Below are positions 1 through 9,572 of a DNA stretch of 64,000 nucleotides, in pieces. Each line of letters starts with the position of its first letter. The first letter of the stretch is position 1. The DNA lies in the NCBI GenBank assembly GCA_946185225.1, contig CAMHIM010000001.1, positions 805 through 64,804 on the forward strand, read 5' to 3'. Position numbers and translations under genes: made by a program. The notes below the pieces were generated by a model, which worked only from the letters and a program-made list of their open reading frames with translations, did not search any database and was not told the origin of the DNA. This DNA is from an uncultured Prevotellaceae bacterium. GTDB taxonomy: Bacteria > Bacteroidota > Bacteroidia > Bacteroidales > Bacteroidaceae.

Positions 1-2978
1 AAGTCGTTTCCGGTAATGTCGTAGATGTCCAGGGAGACCCGCTTATCGGTGTTACTGTCCAGCAGAAAGGGACGCAGCAAAAAACCGTGACAAACATTGA
101 TGGCCGCTATCAGCTCCGATGTGTCGGGCAGTTCCCCGTCACGCTCGTCTACAGCTACATAGGCATGAAGAGCCAGAGCGTTGTCGTGCGTGGAACTTCT
201 GCCCCTACTGTTACTCTTCAGGAGGATGCCACGTCCATCAAGGATGTCGTTATTGTCGGAGCCTATGGGACGACGCAGAAGCGTAGCGACCTTGTCGGTT
301 CTGCCTATCAGGTTACTTCTGCCGACCTGAAGAGTCTTCCCCAGCAGCGTCTTGACCGCATGTTGGAGGGCATCATTCCCGGTCTTACGGTAGATGTGAA
401 CAGCGACACCCCCGGCAGCGCCCGTCCGCGTTATAACACCCGTATCCGTGGCGAGGCTTCCATGTCGGCCAGCAACGAGCCCCTGTGGGTTGTTGACGGC
501 ATGCCTATGTATACTGGAGGTGCCACCAACCAGATGCCCGGTCAGAACTATACCATCAGCCCGTTGTCGCTGATAAATCCCGATGATATCGAGAGCATCA
601 CTGTCCTCAAGGATGCTACCGCCACCACTATCTATGGTGCCGACGGTGCCAACGGTGTCATTCTCATCACCACCAAGAAAGGCCGTGCCGGCAGGACGAA
701 TGTCAATGTCAATGTGCAGTATGGCATTGCCAAGCTTGATATGTCAACGGCTCCGAAGATGCTCACCAGTGAGCAGTATCTTGCCCTTGCCCATGAGGCA
801 TGGACTAATTCCGGTCAGCGTGAGGACCTGTTCCCCTTCCAGGACAACGAGCTGAACAGCTATTCCACGACAGAAACCGACTGGTACGATGAGTTCTACC
901 AGACCGGCAATACCTTCCAGGGCAATGTGTCGATGAATGGCGGCTCCGACAGGTCCAACTACTACTTGTCCGGCTCCTACTACGAGAATTCGCCTATTAT
1001 CAAGGGTACAAAGCAGCAGCGTTTCACGCTCCGTTCCAACACCGACTTCCGTATAGGCAAGTACGTCAAGGCCGGTGCCAACCTGTCGGCTTCCTACAAC
1101 ATCAACGACCTGTTTAACCTGGGCCGTGAGGTGTACAACAACCTGCCCATTTTGTCTCCCTATAACGAGGACGGCAGCTTCCGCCTGTACAACCGTGAGG
1201 TGGTGGCCGACGATCAAGGCAATCCCACCTATCGCGACTACAAGTTCCTTGATAACTCTGTGGCAGAGCGTGAGCAGAATACCAACCAGCAGCGGGCGCT
1301 TGTCGTCAATGCCAACTTCATGCTGGGTGTAGACATTCTGGAGGGCCTGTCCTATACCGGCCGTTTCGGCATTGACTTCCAGAGTAACTTGGAGGAGATG
1401 TACAACTCCTCGAAGAACTGGACGGGCATGTCCACGTCCAACGGTGAGATAGTGCGTAACGCCTATTCCTCACGCTATTCCAGCCATATCTCGAAGTGGA
1501 CCACCAACCATCGCCTGAACTTCAACCGTACGTTTGGAAAGCATACGGTCGGTGCCTTGGGCGTTTTTGAATGTGGCTCGCTGGACTATACTACCGTGCA
1601 GGCATGGGGCTACGGTTTCTTCAACGACAACATCCGTGACGTCAGTTACGCCAACAGTACTGATGGCCGTAACAACAGCACAACCGAGCACTCCATGTCG
1701 TTAGTCGGTCAGCTCAGCTACTCCTACGACCATCGTTATTACCTTACCGTCAACGGTCGCCGTGACGGTAAGTCCCAGTTCGGCTCCGATGTCCGTTGGG
1801 CACCTTTTGCCTCTGTCGGTGTGTCCTGGAATATTCATAACGAGAAGTTCCTCAAGATTCCCGAGTGGCTCACTGTGCTGAAGCTCCGTGCCACCTACGG
1901 TACCAATGGCAACTCCCGCCTTGGCTCCCAGCAGGCTCTCGGTCTCTATGCTTACGGCGACAGCTACTCCTACAACGGCGAGATAGGCGGTCAGCAGTCC
2001 GGCAGTCCCAATCCCAGTTTGAGCTGGGAGAAGACCTATGCCACCAACCTTGCCCTGCGAGTGGAGGTGCTCAAGCGTTTCGATGTTGAGGTGGAGTACT
2101 ACAACAACCACACGAAGAACCTTCTCAGTAAGCTTGACGTCAGCCGCACCACGGGTGACCTGCGCGTCTACCGCAATGTCGGTGAGATACGTAACCGCGG
2201 CTTTGAGGTGACCGTAGAGACCAAGAACTTCGTTCCCAAGACTGATGGTGGCTTTTCTTGGACCACGCTGTTGAACCTGGCCCACAACCGCAATAAGCTG
2301 CTGAAGCTGTATAATGGTATCCAGAAGAACTTCACTACGACCACCTATAAGGAGGGCTACGATACCCATACCTACTTCCTGGTGCGCTGGGCCGGAGTCG
2401 ACCCGGCTGACGGTATGCCTATGTGGTACGACAAGAACGGCAACATCACCAAGACCTTCAACTATGCCGACCGTGTAGCCGACAAGAACAGCAACCCCGA
2501 CGTCTTCGGCGGCATGACCAATACCCTCGGCTACAAGAACTTCTCGCTGCGTTTCCAGCTGAATTACCAGTTCGGCGGCTATGCCTTCGGCGGTATTTTC
2601 CATGAAATCAACTCCGACGGCCGCTACATCGCCGATGCCAACCAGGGCATTGAGCAGCTGGACCACTGGCGTCAGCCCGGCGACGTCACCGCTAACCCCA
2701 AGCCCCTGTGGAACGTCAGCACAGGCTCTGTTATGAGCAGCACCCGCTCCTTGCTCAACAAGACGCTCATCACGTTGAAGAACCTCGTGCTGGGCTACGA
2801 GGTGCCGCGCGACCTCCTGCAACCCTACGGCGTCCGTTCTTGCAACGTGTCGTTCGTGGCCGACAATCTCTTCATCTATTCCCCCTATTCCGGGAAGAAC
2901 AAGAACTCCTACAAGACCTGCATGAGCGGCTACCCCAGTGAACGGCAGTTCTCGCTGGCCGTCAGCCTGGGCTTTTAG
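1..2978 (+). CDS. susC: SusC/RagA family TonB-dependent receptor (5' end lies outside the window)
   Basis: The frame is open from position 3 (VVSGNVVDVQGDPLIGVTVQQKG, carboxypeptidase-regulatory-like N-domain). It has plug motifs NEPLWVVDG and INPDDIESITVLKDATATTIYGADGANGVILITTKKG, PNPSLSWEKT, and a C-terminal Phe. Confidence 0.95.
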   Translation, partial: VVSGNVVDVQGDPLIGVTVQQKGTQQKTVTNIDGRYQLRCVGQFPVTLVYSYIGMKSQSVVVRGTSAPTVTLQEDATSIKDVVIVGAYGTTQKRSDLVGSAYQVTSADLKSLPQQRLDRMLEGIIPGLTVDVNSDTPGSARPRYNTRIRGEASMSASNEPLWVVDGMPMYTGGATNQMPGQNYTISPLSLINPDDIESITVLKDATATTIYGADGANGVILITTKKGRAGRTNVNVNVQYGIAKLDMSTAPKMLTSEQYLALAHEAWTNSGQREDLFPFQDNELNSYSTTETDWYDEFYQTGNTFQGNVSMNGGSDRSNYYLSGSYYENSPIIKGTKQQRFTLRSNTDFRIGKYVKAGANLSASYNINDLFNLGREVYNNLPILSPYNEDGSFRLYNREVVADDQGNPTYRDYKFLDNSVAEREQNTNQQRALVVNANFMLGVDILEGLSYTGRFGIDFQSNLEEMYNSSKNWTGMSTSNGEIVRNAYSSRYSSHISKWTTNHRLNFNRTFGKHTVGALGVFECGSLDYTTVQAWGYGFFNDNIRDVSYANSTDGRNNSTTEHSMSLVGQLSYSYDHRYYLTVNGRRDGKSQFGSDVRWAPFASVGVSWNIHNEKFLKIPEWLTVLKLRATYGTNGNSRLGSQQALGLYAYGDSYSYNGEIGGQQSGSPNPSLSWEKTYATNLALRVEVLKRFDVEVEYYNNHTKNLLSKLDVSRTTGDLRVYRNVGEIRNRGFEVTVETKNFVPKTDGGFSWTTLLNLAHNRNKLLKLYNGIQKNFTTTTYKEGYDTHTYFLVRWAGVDPADGMPMWYDKNGNITKTFNYADRVADKNSNPDVFGGMTNTLGYKNFSLRFQLNYQFGGYAFGGIFHEINSDGRYIADANQGIEQLDHWRQPGDVTANPKPLWNVSTGSVMSSTRSLLNKTLITLKNLVLGYEVPRDLLQPYGVRSCNVSFVADNLFIYSPYSGKNKNSYKTCMSGYPSERQFSLAVSLGF

Positions 2979-3010
2979 GAACTGTAACAAAGAATCAAGA
3001 GACAAGAGCG

Positions 3011-4480
3011 ATGATAAGAACATTGAAAAGAAGATACGGTACAGCGTTGTGTACCCTGATGAGTGTCCTGCTGTTTACGTCGTGCAGCGACTTCCTGGAG
3101 GTAGAGCTCAAGGGCCGTGCCACCATCCCCAGTTTCCTCCGTGACCCCTCCGGTCTGCGTGCCGGCCTTGTCGGTGCCTACAATGCCGTCTACGACTACT
3201 ACGACGCCGAGTTCACGAAGTACCCCGACGTAGCAGGCAACATGTGCCTCATGAATGCCACTACCGGTTCCATGGTCGACCAGTACAACTTCACCAGCGC
3301 AGCCGACCAGGAGACGGGTGCCGTGGGGCATATCTGGGTGAACATCTATGCTGCCCAGGCCAATGTGAACAATATTATCCAGTACGCCCCTGACGTGATA
3401 GAGCTCGACCCGCCGACGGCCTCCAAGAGCCGCCGCTACCTGGGCGAGGCCTACCTGCTGCGTGCCATGTGTCATTTCGACCAGGTACGCTGCTATGCCC
3501 AGCCCTACAACTACACCGCCAGCCATAACCACCTGGGCGTCCCCGTGCTGTGGAAGACCCCCGGCGCCGACGAGAACGTGAAGCGCAAGAGTGTCCGCGA
3601 GGTCTACGAGGCCGTGCTTCAGGACCTGGGCAATGCCGCCGGCATCCTGACCGACGACGTTGCACAGGACTACCACTACGCTTCGCTCCAGGCCGTCAAC
3701 TGCATGTATGCCCGCGTGTATCTGTATATGGAGGAATGGCAGAAGGCCCTTGCCTATGCCAAGAAAGCCATAGGCACACAACAGCTGTCTCAGGGTTCCG
3801 ACTACCTCAAGATGTTCCGTGACCTGAACTATCAGGGCGAGGCCATCTTCCGCCTGTCGGGCATTGACATGAATGGCAGCCTGAAGAGCTTCTACGATGC
3901 CGTGTCGCCGTCGTGCATGCCCGCCGACACGCTGCTGACGCTCTTTGACGCCGGTGACCTGCGCCTCCAGCTGCTGCGTCAGGGCAATGCCAGCCGCTGC
4001 CTGAAGTATGATAACGACATCTCTTTGCTGGCCTCTGACCAGGCCCGCCGCGACGACCCCTTCGTGTTCCGTCTCTCCGAGATGTTCCTTACCGCTGCCG
4101 AGGCAGCCTGTAACCTCTCCGACTATACTACGGCCCGCCCGTACCTGCGTGCCATCGTTGAGCGTGCCGTCGGTGCCGACAAGGCCACTGCCGTCATGGA
4201 TGCTACTCCTGACGCCCAGCTGCTGGACCTTGTCCGCCGTGAGCGTGTCAAGGAGCTCTGCTTCGAGGGCCATAACTTCTTCGACCTGACCCGCTGGAAG
4301 CAGGACCTCGTCCGTGAGAAGTCGACCACCTCCATCGTCAAGCGCATTGACTATCCCAGCGACTACTTCGTGCTGCCCATCCCGCAGCGTGAGCTGGACG
4401 CCAACCTCAACATGCAGCCCAACCCCACCGTCAACCAGCCGCGGACGTCGGGCACCACGGAAGAATCCTCTGACGAATAA
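3011..4480 (+). CDS. susD: SusD/RagB family lipoprotein
   Basis: Lipobox FTSC-SDFL, GEAYLLRA, FRLSEMFLTAAEA, ERVKELCFEGHNFFDLTRW and LPIPQRE...QPNP; directly follows susC. Confidence 0.95.
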   Translation: MIRTLKRRYGTALCTLMSVLLFTSCSDFLEVELKGRATIPSFLRDPSGLRAGLVGAYNAVYDYYDAEFTKYPDVAGNMCLMNATTGSMVDQYNFTSAADQETGAVGHIWVNIYAAQANVNNIIQYAPDVIELDPPTASKSRRYLGEAYLLRAMCHFDQVRCYAQPYNYTASHNHLGVPVLWKTPGADENVKRKSVREVYEAVLQDLGNAAGILTDDVAQDYHYASLQAVNCMYARVYLYMEEWQKALAYAKKAIGTQQLSQGSDYLKMFRDLNYQGEAIFRLSGIDMNGSLKSFYDAVSPSCMPADTLLTLFDAGDLRLQLLRQGNASRCLKYDNDISLLASDQARRDDPFVFRLSEMFLTAAEAACNLSDYTTARPYLRAIVERAVGADKATAVMDATPDAQLLDLVRRERVKELCFEGHNFFDLTRWKQDLVREKSTTSIVKRIDYPSDYFVLPIPQRELDANLNMQPNPTVNQPRTSGTTEESSDE

Positions 4481-4505
4481 CCTATTATGATATGTACCCT
4501 TGCGT

Positions 4506-4967
4506 ATGAAACAAGTATTCTATCTGCTGACCACGCTCCTGCTGCTTACAGCCTGTGAGATGGACGAGAGCATCGTCTTCGACCAGCCCTTCGTCCGCAT
4601 AGCCACCGCCACCGGCGGTTCCTCCACCGTGGTTCTCTCCGACGTCAAGAACGTCAATACCTATACCGTCTACCTCTCCTCACGGGCGCAGACGGAAAGC
4701 CTCGACGTGAACTTCGAGATAGTGGTGGGCGACGGCCTGACGGCCGGTGTCGACTACGAGATAGTCACTACCGGCAATACGCTCACCTTCCTGCCCGGCA
4801 TCTACACCATGCCCATCCGCATCCGCTGGCTGGAGCACACGGTGGACCCCACGAAGGACAATACGCTCACCATCCGCCTCACCGGCAACAGCCGCGGCTA
4901 TACGCTGGGCTATCCCGGTCCCGACCATAATCAGCGTCAAGTGGTCATCGAGAAGCGTAACTCCTGA
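4506..4967 (+). CDS. Small PUL-associated lipoprotein with an Ig-like/Calx-beta-like fold
   Basis: Lipobox LLLTAC; GVDYEIV..TLTFLPG motif; ATG at 4506. Confidence 0.75.
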   Translation: MKQVFYLLTTLLLLTACEMDESIVFDQPFVRIATATGGSSTVVLSDVKNVNTYTVYLSSRAQTESLDVNFEIVVGDGLTAGVDYEIVTTGNTLTFLPGIYTMPIRIRWLEHTVDPTKDNTLTIRLTGNSRGYTLGYPGPDHNQRQVVIEKRNS

Positions 4968-5035
4968 CCTTTTGCGAATCAACAGATACTAACTTTATAT
5001 TAACCAGGGCTTCGGCCCACAAACACAAAACACTT

Positions 5036-6586
5036 ATGACAATCAAGAATTTTATGAAGACATCCCTGGTGGCACTGCTTGCTGCCATGACCTTTGTCGC
5101 TTGTGACGACAAGGATGAGGAGAAGGACAAGCCTGCTGAGGCAGCGAAGATGCTCACCTTCGGTTTCTATCAGGAAGACAATGCCGGTGTCCTGTCCAAG
5201 GACTACGTAGCAGAGGTTCCCACCACCGCCGTGGGTGGCAAGATAGACGTTGCTGTATCCATGCCCGCCAGTGTTGATAAGTCTGCCCTTGTTGCACGCT
5301 TCACGGTGAATGAGGGTAACACCATCGCCGTCGGCGGTGTCCAGCAGGTCAGCCAGGAGACGGCTAACGACTTTTCTGCTCCCGTTGACTATGTTGTCAC
5401 CAACAGCGACAAGTCCAAGAACGTCATGATTACCGTTACCATCAACAAGGCCGACAATATGGTCTGGACAGAGGCTGGCGTGCTCGACGCAACTGCTGTT
5501 ACAGGTGACGAGACTGTGACTGGTGTATATGCAGGTGCAGTGCTGAAACTGAACCCGAAGACCGGTGAGCCTTATGTAGCCTTCGGCGTTCGCGGTGCAG
5601 ACAACAAGCTGACGGTGGCCAAGTTTGTCGGCAGCCAGTGGGCTAAGGTCGGTGCGGCCTCCTTCACTAACATTATTGCCGGCTCAAACTACAGCATGGA
5701 CATCGCTCTCGACGGCACTCCCTATATTCTTTATTCCGACAAAGGGTCTGCCAACCAAAAGTCTCCCTCGGTCATGAAGTATAATGGCTCGGCGTGGGAA
5801 TTGGTCGGCACCCAGGGCTATGAGACCCTGTCGCCCGCCTACATGGGCATTGCCGCTCTGGAGAATACGATTGTTACGGCTATGCAGAACTCTGCCATTG
5901 CCGGCAGTTATGCGAAGCGTGCTGCCATCACTTCCATCTGGAACGGAACAGCCTGGCAGACTGAGTCGCCTATCTCCGGCACATATGGCGCTGCAGCTAC
6001 TGCCAGCAACGGCAAGGTAGCCTATGCCCTCTTTGTTCCTGCATCAGCGCCTTACGCTTATACCATCATCAAGGCTGCCAGCGCAACGGACAAGTCAGTG
6101 GTATTGGACGCAAAACTTCCCGAAGGTGCTGTTTCTGGTTACCTTTACGAAAACAGCATGGCCATTGCTCCTGACGGAACGCTCTATCTGCTGGCTACCG
6201 ACAAGCCTGACGGTGGCGTCTACAAGGTCCGTATGTCGAAGGTGGTGAACGGAGCCTTAACCACTGTCGGTGGCGACGTGCCTCCCATTCCTTACACATC
6301 CACTGGTTACGACCGTCACATGATTGTCCGTGCAGCCATTGCTCCTGACGGAACCCCGTATATTGCCTATAACGACTACACAGGTGACAAGGGCATCTAC
6401 TACCTCTATCTGGACAGCGAGACCAGGCAGTGGGTAGAACCCATCAAGATTGCCGACGCTGAGGGTGACTCTGCCGGCGACGTGAACATTGCATTCACCT
6501 CTACCGGTATTGGCTATATCACTTATACGGACGCAAACAACAAGATTCACCTCTTCAAGTTTGCTGAGGCTGAGGCCGTCCGATAG
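5036..6586 (+). CDS. Surface lipoprotein with an N-terminal Ig-like (DUF5018-like) domain and a repeat/beta-propeller domain
   Basis: Lipobox TFVAC; QVSQETANDFSAPVDYVVT; repeated IA(L/P)DGTPY blades, including an identical 20-nt DNA repeat at 6161 and 6335. Confidence 0.7.
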   Translation: MTIKNFMKTSLVALLAAMTFVACDDKDEEKDKPAEAAKMLTFGFYQEDNAGVLSKDYVAEVPTTAVGGKIDVAVSMPASVDKSALVARFTVNEGNTIAVGGVQQVSQETANDFSAPVDYVVTNSDKSKNVMITVTINKADNMVWTEAGVLDATAVTGDETVTGVYAGAVLKLNPKTGEPYVAFGVRGADNKLTVAKFVGSQWAKVGAASFTNIIAGSNYSMDIALDGTPYILYSDKGSANQKSPSVMKYNGSAWELVGTQGYETLSPAYMGIAALENTIVTAMQNSAIAGSYAKRAAITSIWNGTAWQTESPISGTYGAAATASNGKVAYALFVPASAPYAYTIIKAASATDKSVVLDAKLPEGAVSGYLYENSMAIAPDGTLYLLATDKPDGGVYKVRMSKVVNGALTTVGGDVPPIPYTSTGYDRHMIVRAAIAPDGTPYIAYNDYTGDKGIYYLYLDSETRQWVEPIKIADAEGDSAGDVNIAFTSTGIGYITYTDANNKIHLFKFAEAEAVR

Positions 6587-6608
6587 TCATCGCTTGTGAC
6601 TAATGATT

Positions 6609-6651
6609 ACGGGGAGCCCGCAAAAACAATTGCGGGCTCCCCGTTCTTTTT
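6609..6651 (+). terminator. Intrinsic terminator
   Basis: ACGGGGAGCCCGCAA / TTGCGGGCTCCCCGT stem followed by a T-tract. Confidence 0.9.
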
Positions 6652-6720
6652 CCTCAGTTTCATGAAGGGCTGAAATGTTAAAAAAATGAATTTTCCGGAC
6701 AAATGGCTGCCTGAAACTCG

Positions 6721-6760
6721 CGCGAAAGTCAGCGACAGGCAGTTTGCTGACTTTTTTGCG
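6721..6760. repeat. Intergenic palindrome
   Basis: CGCGAAAGTCAGC ... GCTGACTTTTTTGCG imperfect inverted repeat. Confidence 0.55.
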
Positions 6761-6838
6761 AAATTGGGGGTGTTTTTCTATGCGGTTGATTCTTAATGAC
6801 TTATGAAGTATTGGCGGCTTTTTCTCCTGAGACGGTTT

Positions 6839-6926
6839 TTGAAAGCCGGCATCTTTCGGGTCGCAAGAACCGACCTTTCACCCTTGAAAGTGCCATGTTT
6901 CGGGGTGCAACTCGGCACCTTTCCCC
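6839..6926. repeat. Degenerate tandem array with a 22-bp period
   Basis: TTTC recurs at 6854, 6876, 6898 and 6920; the last unit GCAACTCGGCACCTT matches GCAACACGGCACCTT near 49183. Confidence 0.65.
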
Positions 6927-7121
6927 ACTTCTGACAAAGGTGTGTGTCCTGAACTTCCGTAGAAACAGCCCGAAATTGTTCCTTTTCAGAAGTCGTCCTT
7001 CCCGGTTTCATTCCTGCAGTGCTCTGTCGCGTCCTTTTTCTCCCCGTTTCCGCTCTGGATTGCCCTTCCTTGAAATGTTAAAATCCGGTATCTTTTATTT
7101 ACATCTGCCATGCTAAAAAAA

Positions 7122-7164
7122 TCCGTGAAAGTATTCGCGATTTCACGGAAAAACCATATCTTTG
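7122..7164 (+). promoter_or_regulatory. Bacteroidetes sigma-A promoter with overlapping inverted repeat
   Basis: TATCTTTG (-7 box) at 7157-7164; TCCGTGAAA/TTTCACGGA palindrome at 7122-7149. Confidence 0.65.
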
Positions 7165-7192
7165 CGATGGCATTAGATAACAGAGAACAGCA

Positions 7193-8707
7193 ATGCGAAT
7201 GAGTGTGAACCGATTTTTTGCAGGTCTGGCCGTGGCCCTGCTGGCTGCCTGTCCTGTCGCAGGGCATTCCGTGGTGAGCGGTGTGGTCTTTGCCGACCGC
7301 AACCACAACGGTGTGCAGGACCGCGGTGAGCGCGGGCTGAAGGGCATCCCCGTCAGCAACGGCGACACCATTGTCGTCACCGACGGCCGCGGACGTTACC
7401 AGTTGCCCGAGACCGACGGCTGTAGCATCTTCCCCATACTTCCCGCCGACTACACGCTGGCGGGCAGCCGTCTGGTCAACGCCAACTTCCACTACACGGG
7501 AGCTGCCGACGGCGGTGACGTCAGTTTCCCCCTGACCCGTAAGGCCGTCAGTCGCCGCTTCCGCGTGAACGTCATCGGCGACGTGCAAGTGTCCGACTAT
7601 CAGGAGATGGAGTATGCCGCCCGCAGCCTGTGGCCCGAGCTGCTGGCATCAGGCGGGCAGCCGGCCCTGAACCTCTTCGTGGGTGACCTGGTGAACAACA
7701 ACATGCGGCTCTACCCCGACCTGCGCACGCTGCTGGAGCAGCTGCCGCAGCCCACGTGGACCGTTCTGGGCAACCACGATCGCGACGCCGATACCATACG
7801 CTGGCGACAGAGCTGCTCCTATAACACGTCGTTCGGCGCCGACATGTATGCCTTCAACGAGGGTCGCGTCCACGTCATCGTGCTGAACAACGTCTATGGC
7901 GAAGGCGCCCGCGGCTACCGCGGCTACCTGTCCGACCGCCAGCTGAACTTCGTCCGTCAGGACCTGAAGTATGTCCCGGGGAACGTCCTTGTCGTCCTCA
8001 GCATGCACATACCGCTGGCCTTCACGGCCAATCGTGACGCCCTGCTGGACTTGCTGGAGGACCGTGGCGACGTGCTGGCGCTGACGGGCCACATGCACCA
8101 GGTGGGACGATTCTTCATGAAGAAGGGCACGACCCGCGTCCACGAGCTGGTAGCCGGTGCCACCTGCGGCTTCTGGTGGGTGGGCGAGAAGGACGCCGAC
8201 GGTGTGCCCGCCGCCCTGCAGCAGGAGGGCACGCCCCGCAACTACTTCATCGTCGACTTCGACGACAGCCGCTACACCTTCCGCTGCAAGTGCGTCGGAC
8301 AGGATGCCGGTCGGCAGATGACCCTCCATGTGACGGGTGTCGACACGCTTGACACCCGTCTGCGCGACCTGAAGGACATCCCGGCAGGGACGCTGATGGC
8401 TACCGTCTACGGCGGCTGCGACAGCACCGTGGTGCGCTGCCGCGTGGACGGCGGCCCGTGGCAGACCTGCCGGAAGGCAGACCTCATGGACCCCAATGTG
8501 GCGCGGGCACGCGAACTGAACCTGCAACGCGTGTACCCCACGCGCTACAGCCGCATGAACCCCCTGCGCCGCCGCAGCTCCCACCAGCTGTGGACACTGC
8601 CGCTTCCGCCGTCGGCACGGCACGGCGCCCATACCGTCGAGGTGGAGGCCTCCGACGGCTGGGGCTTCCGTGCTTCGGGCCGTCGCAGCTTCTGCTTCCC
8701 CCGTTAA
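7193..8707 (+). CDS. Secreted calcineurin-like metallophosphoesterase (MetallophosN / Metallophos / MetallophosC)
   Basis: Signal peptide; VSGVVFADRNHNG; metal motifs GDVQ, GDLV, LGNHD, HIP, GHMH; GTPRNY. Confidence 0.9.
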   Translation: MRMSVNRFFAGLAVALLAACPVAGHSVVSGVVFADRNHNGVQDRGERGLKGIPVSNGDTIVVTDGRGRYQLPETDGCSIFPILPADYTLAGSRLVNANFHYTGAADGGDVSFPLTRKAVSRRFRVNVIGDVQVSDYQEMEYAARSLWPELLASGGQPALNLFVGDLVNNNMRLYPDLRTLLEQLPQPTWTVLGNHDRDADTIRWRQSCSYNTSFGADMYAFNEGRVHVIVLNNVYGEGARGYRGYLSDRQLNFVRQDLKYVPGNVLVVLSMHIPLAFTANRDALLDLLEDRGDVLALTGHMHQVGRFFMKKGTTRVHELVAGATCGFWWVGEKDADGVPAALQQEGTPRNYFIVDFDDSRYTFRCKCVGQDAGRQMTLHVTGVDTLDTRLRDLKDIPAGTLMATVYGGCDSTVVRCRVDGGPWQTCRKADLMDPNVARARELNLQRVYPTRYSRMNPLRRRSSHQLWTLPLPPSARHGAHTVEVEASDGWGFRASGRRSFCFPR

Positions 8708-8807
8708 CAGCGAAAATAGGGATTCCCCTATGCAGAATTAGGGATTTCTGTTTCCCGTAATACCTCCGGAATTGCTATCTTTGCACCGAAAACCAAAGCA
8801 TACGACG

Positions 8808-9551
8808 ATGAAAAAAGTATTGATACTCTCCGTCAGCACGCTGCTCCTGTTGAGCAGCTGCGGCACATATGCGGGTGCCGGCGCCTATACCGGAAGCACC
8901 CTGGGTTCCATTCTTGGCTCGGCTATCGGCGGTATTACCGGCGGAGCGCGTGGCAGTGACATCGGTACCATTGTCGGCATGGCCGGCGGCGCCATCGTCG
9001 GCGCAGCCATTGGCGATGCTTCCGAGAAGGCCGAACAGCAGAAGTACGAGGCCTACAAGCAGCAGCGCGCACAGCGCAACGCCATCGGCCAGCGCGACGA
9101 CAGCGGCTTCGACCCCAACAATGGCGGTGACGACCGCATCGTCTTCGAGGAAGGAAACGGCTATCCGGAGACAGATATCCGCAATGCAGAGACCAGGCCG
9201 GCGCTCCAGATACGCCATGCACGCCTGCTGGACACCAACAAGGACGGCATACTCACCCGCGGCGAGTACTGCACGGTGGTGTTCGAAATCATGAATACCG
9301 GCGGTCGCACAGCCTACAACGTGCAGCCCGTCGTGCTCGACGTCACCCGTAACAAGCACCTCCACATCTCGCCGAACCTGCGCGTGGAGAGCATTGCCCC
9401 CGGAAAAGGCATCCGCTATTCGGCCACCATCAAGGCCGACAACCGCCTGAAGAACGGGCATGCCGTCATCCGTGTCGGTGTGGCACAGGGACGCAACGAG
9501 GTGCCTGGCCAGTGGAAGGAACTGACCATCGTGACCAGAAAAAGAAGGTAA
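8808..9551 (+). CDS. Glycine-zipper lipoprotein with a C-terminal Ig-like domain
   Basis: Lipobox LLSSCG; GSILGSAIGGITGG zipper; TATCTTTG promoter at 8776-8783. Confidence 0.8.
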   Translation: MKKVLILSVSTLLLLSSCGTYAGAGAYTGSTLGSILGSAIGGITGGARGSDIGTIVGMAGGAIVGAAIGDASEKAEQQKYEAYKQQRAQRNAIGQRDDSGFDPNNGGDDRIVFEEGNGYPETDIRNAETRPALQIRHARLLDTNKDGILTRGEYCTVVFEIMNTGGRTAYNVQPVVLDVTRNKHLHISPNLRVESIAPGKGIRYSATIKADNRLKNGHAVIRVGVAQGRNEVPGQWKELTIVTRKRR

Positions 9552-9572
9552 GGGAAAGAAGTAGGGTAGGGA

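Noticed and set aside
1701-4273. Long antisense ORFs, e.g. 1701-3023, 2975-4273, 10244-11482, 24204-25463, 55770-56816, 57478-58647
   Set aside because: They are shadows of well-supported genes caused by G/C-ending codon bias and carry no motifs.
6793-7116. ORFs 6796-7116 (+) and 6793-7011 (-)
   Set aside because: They translate the degenerate repeat region and lack protein-like features.
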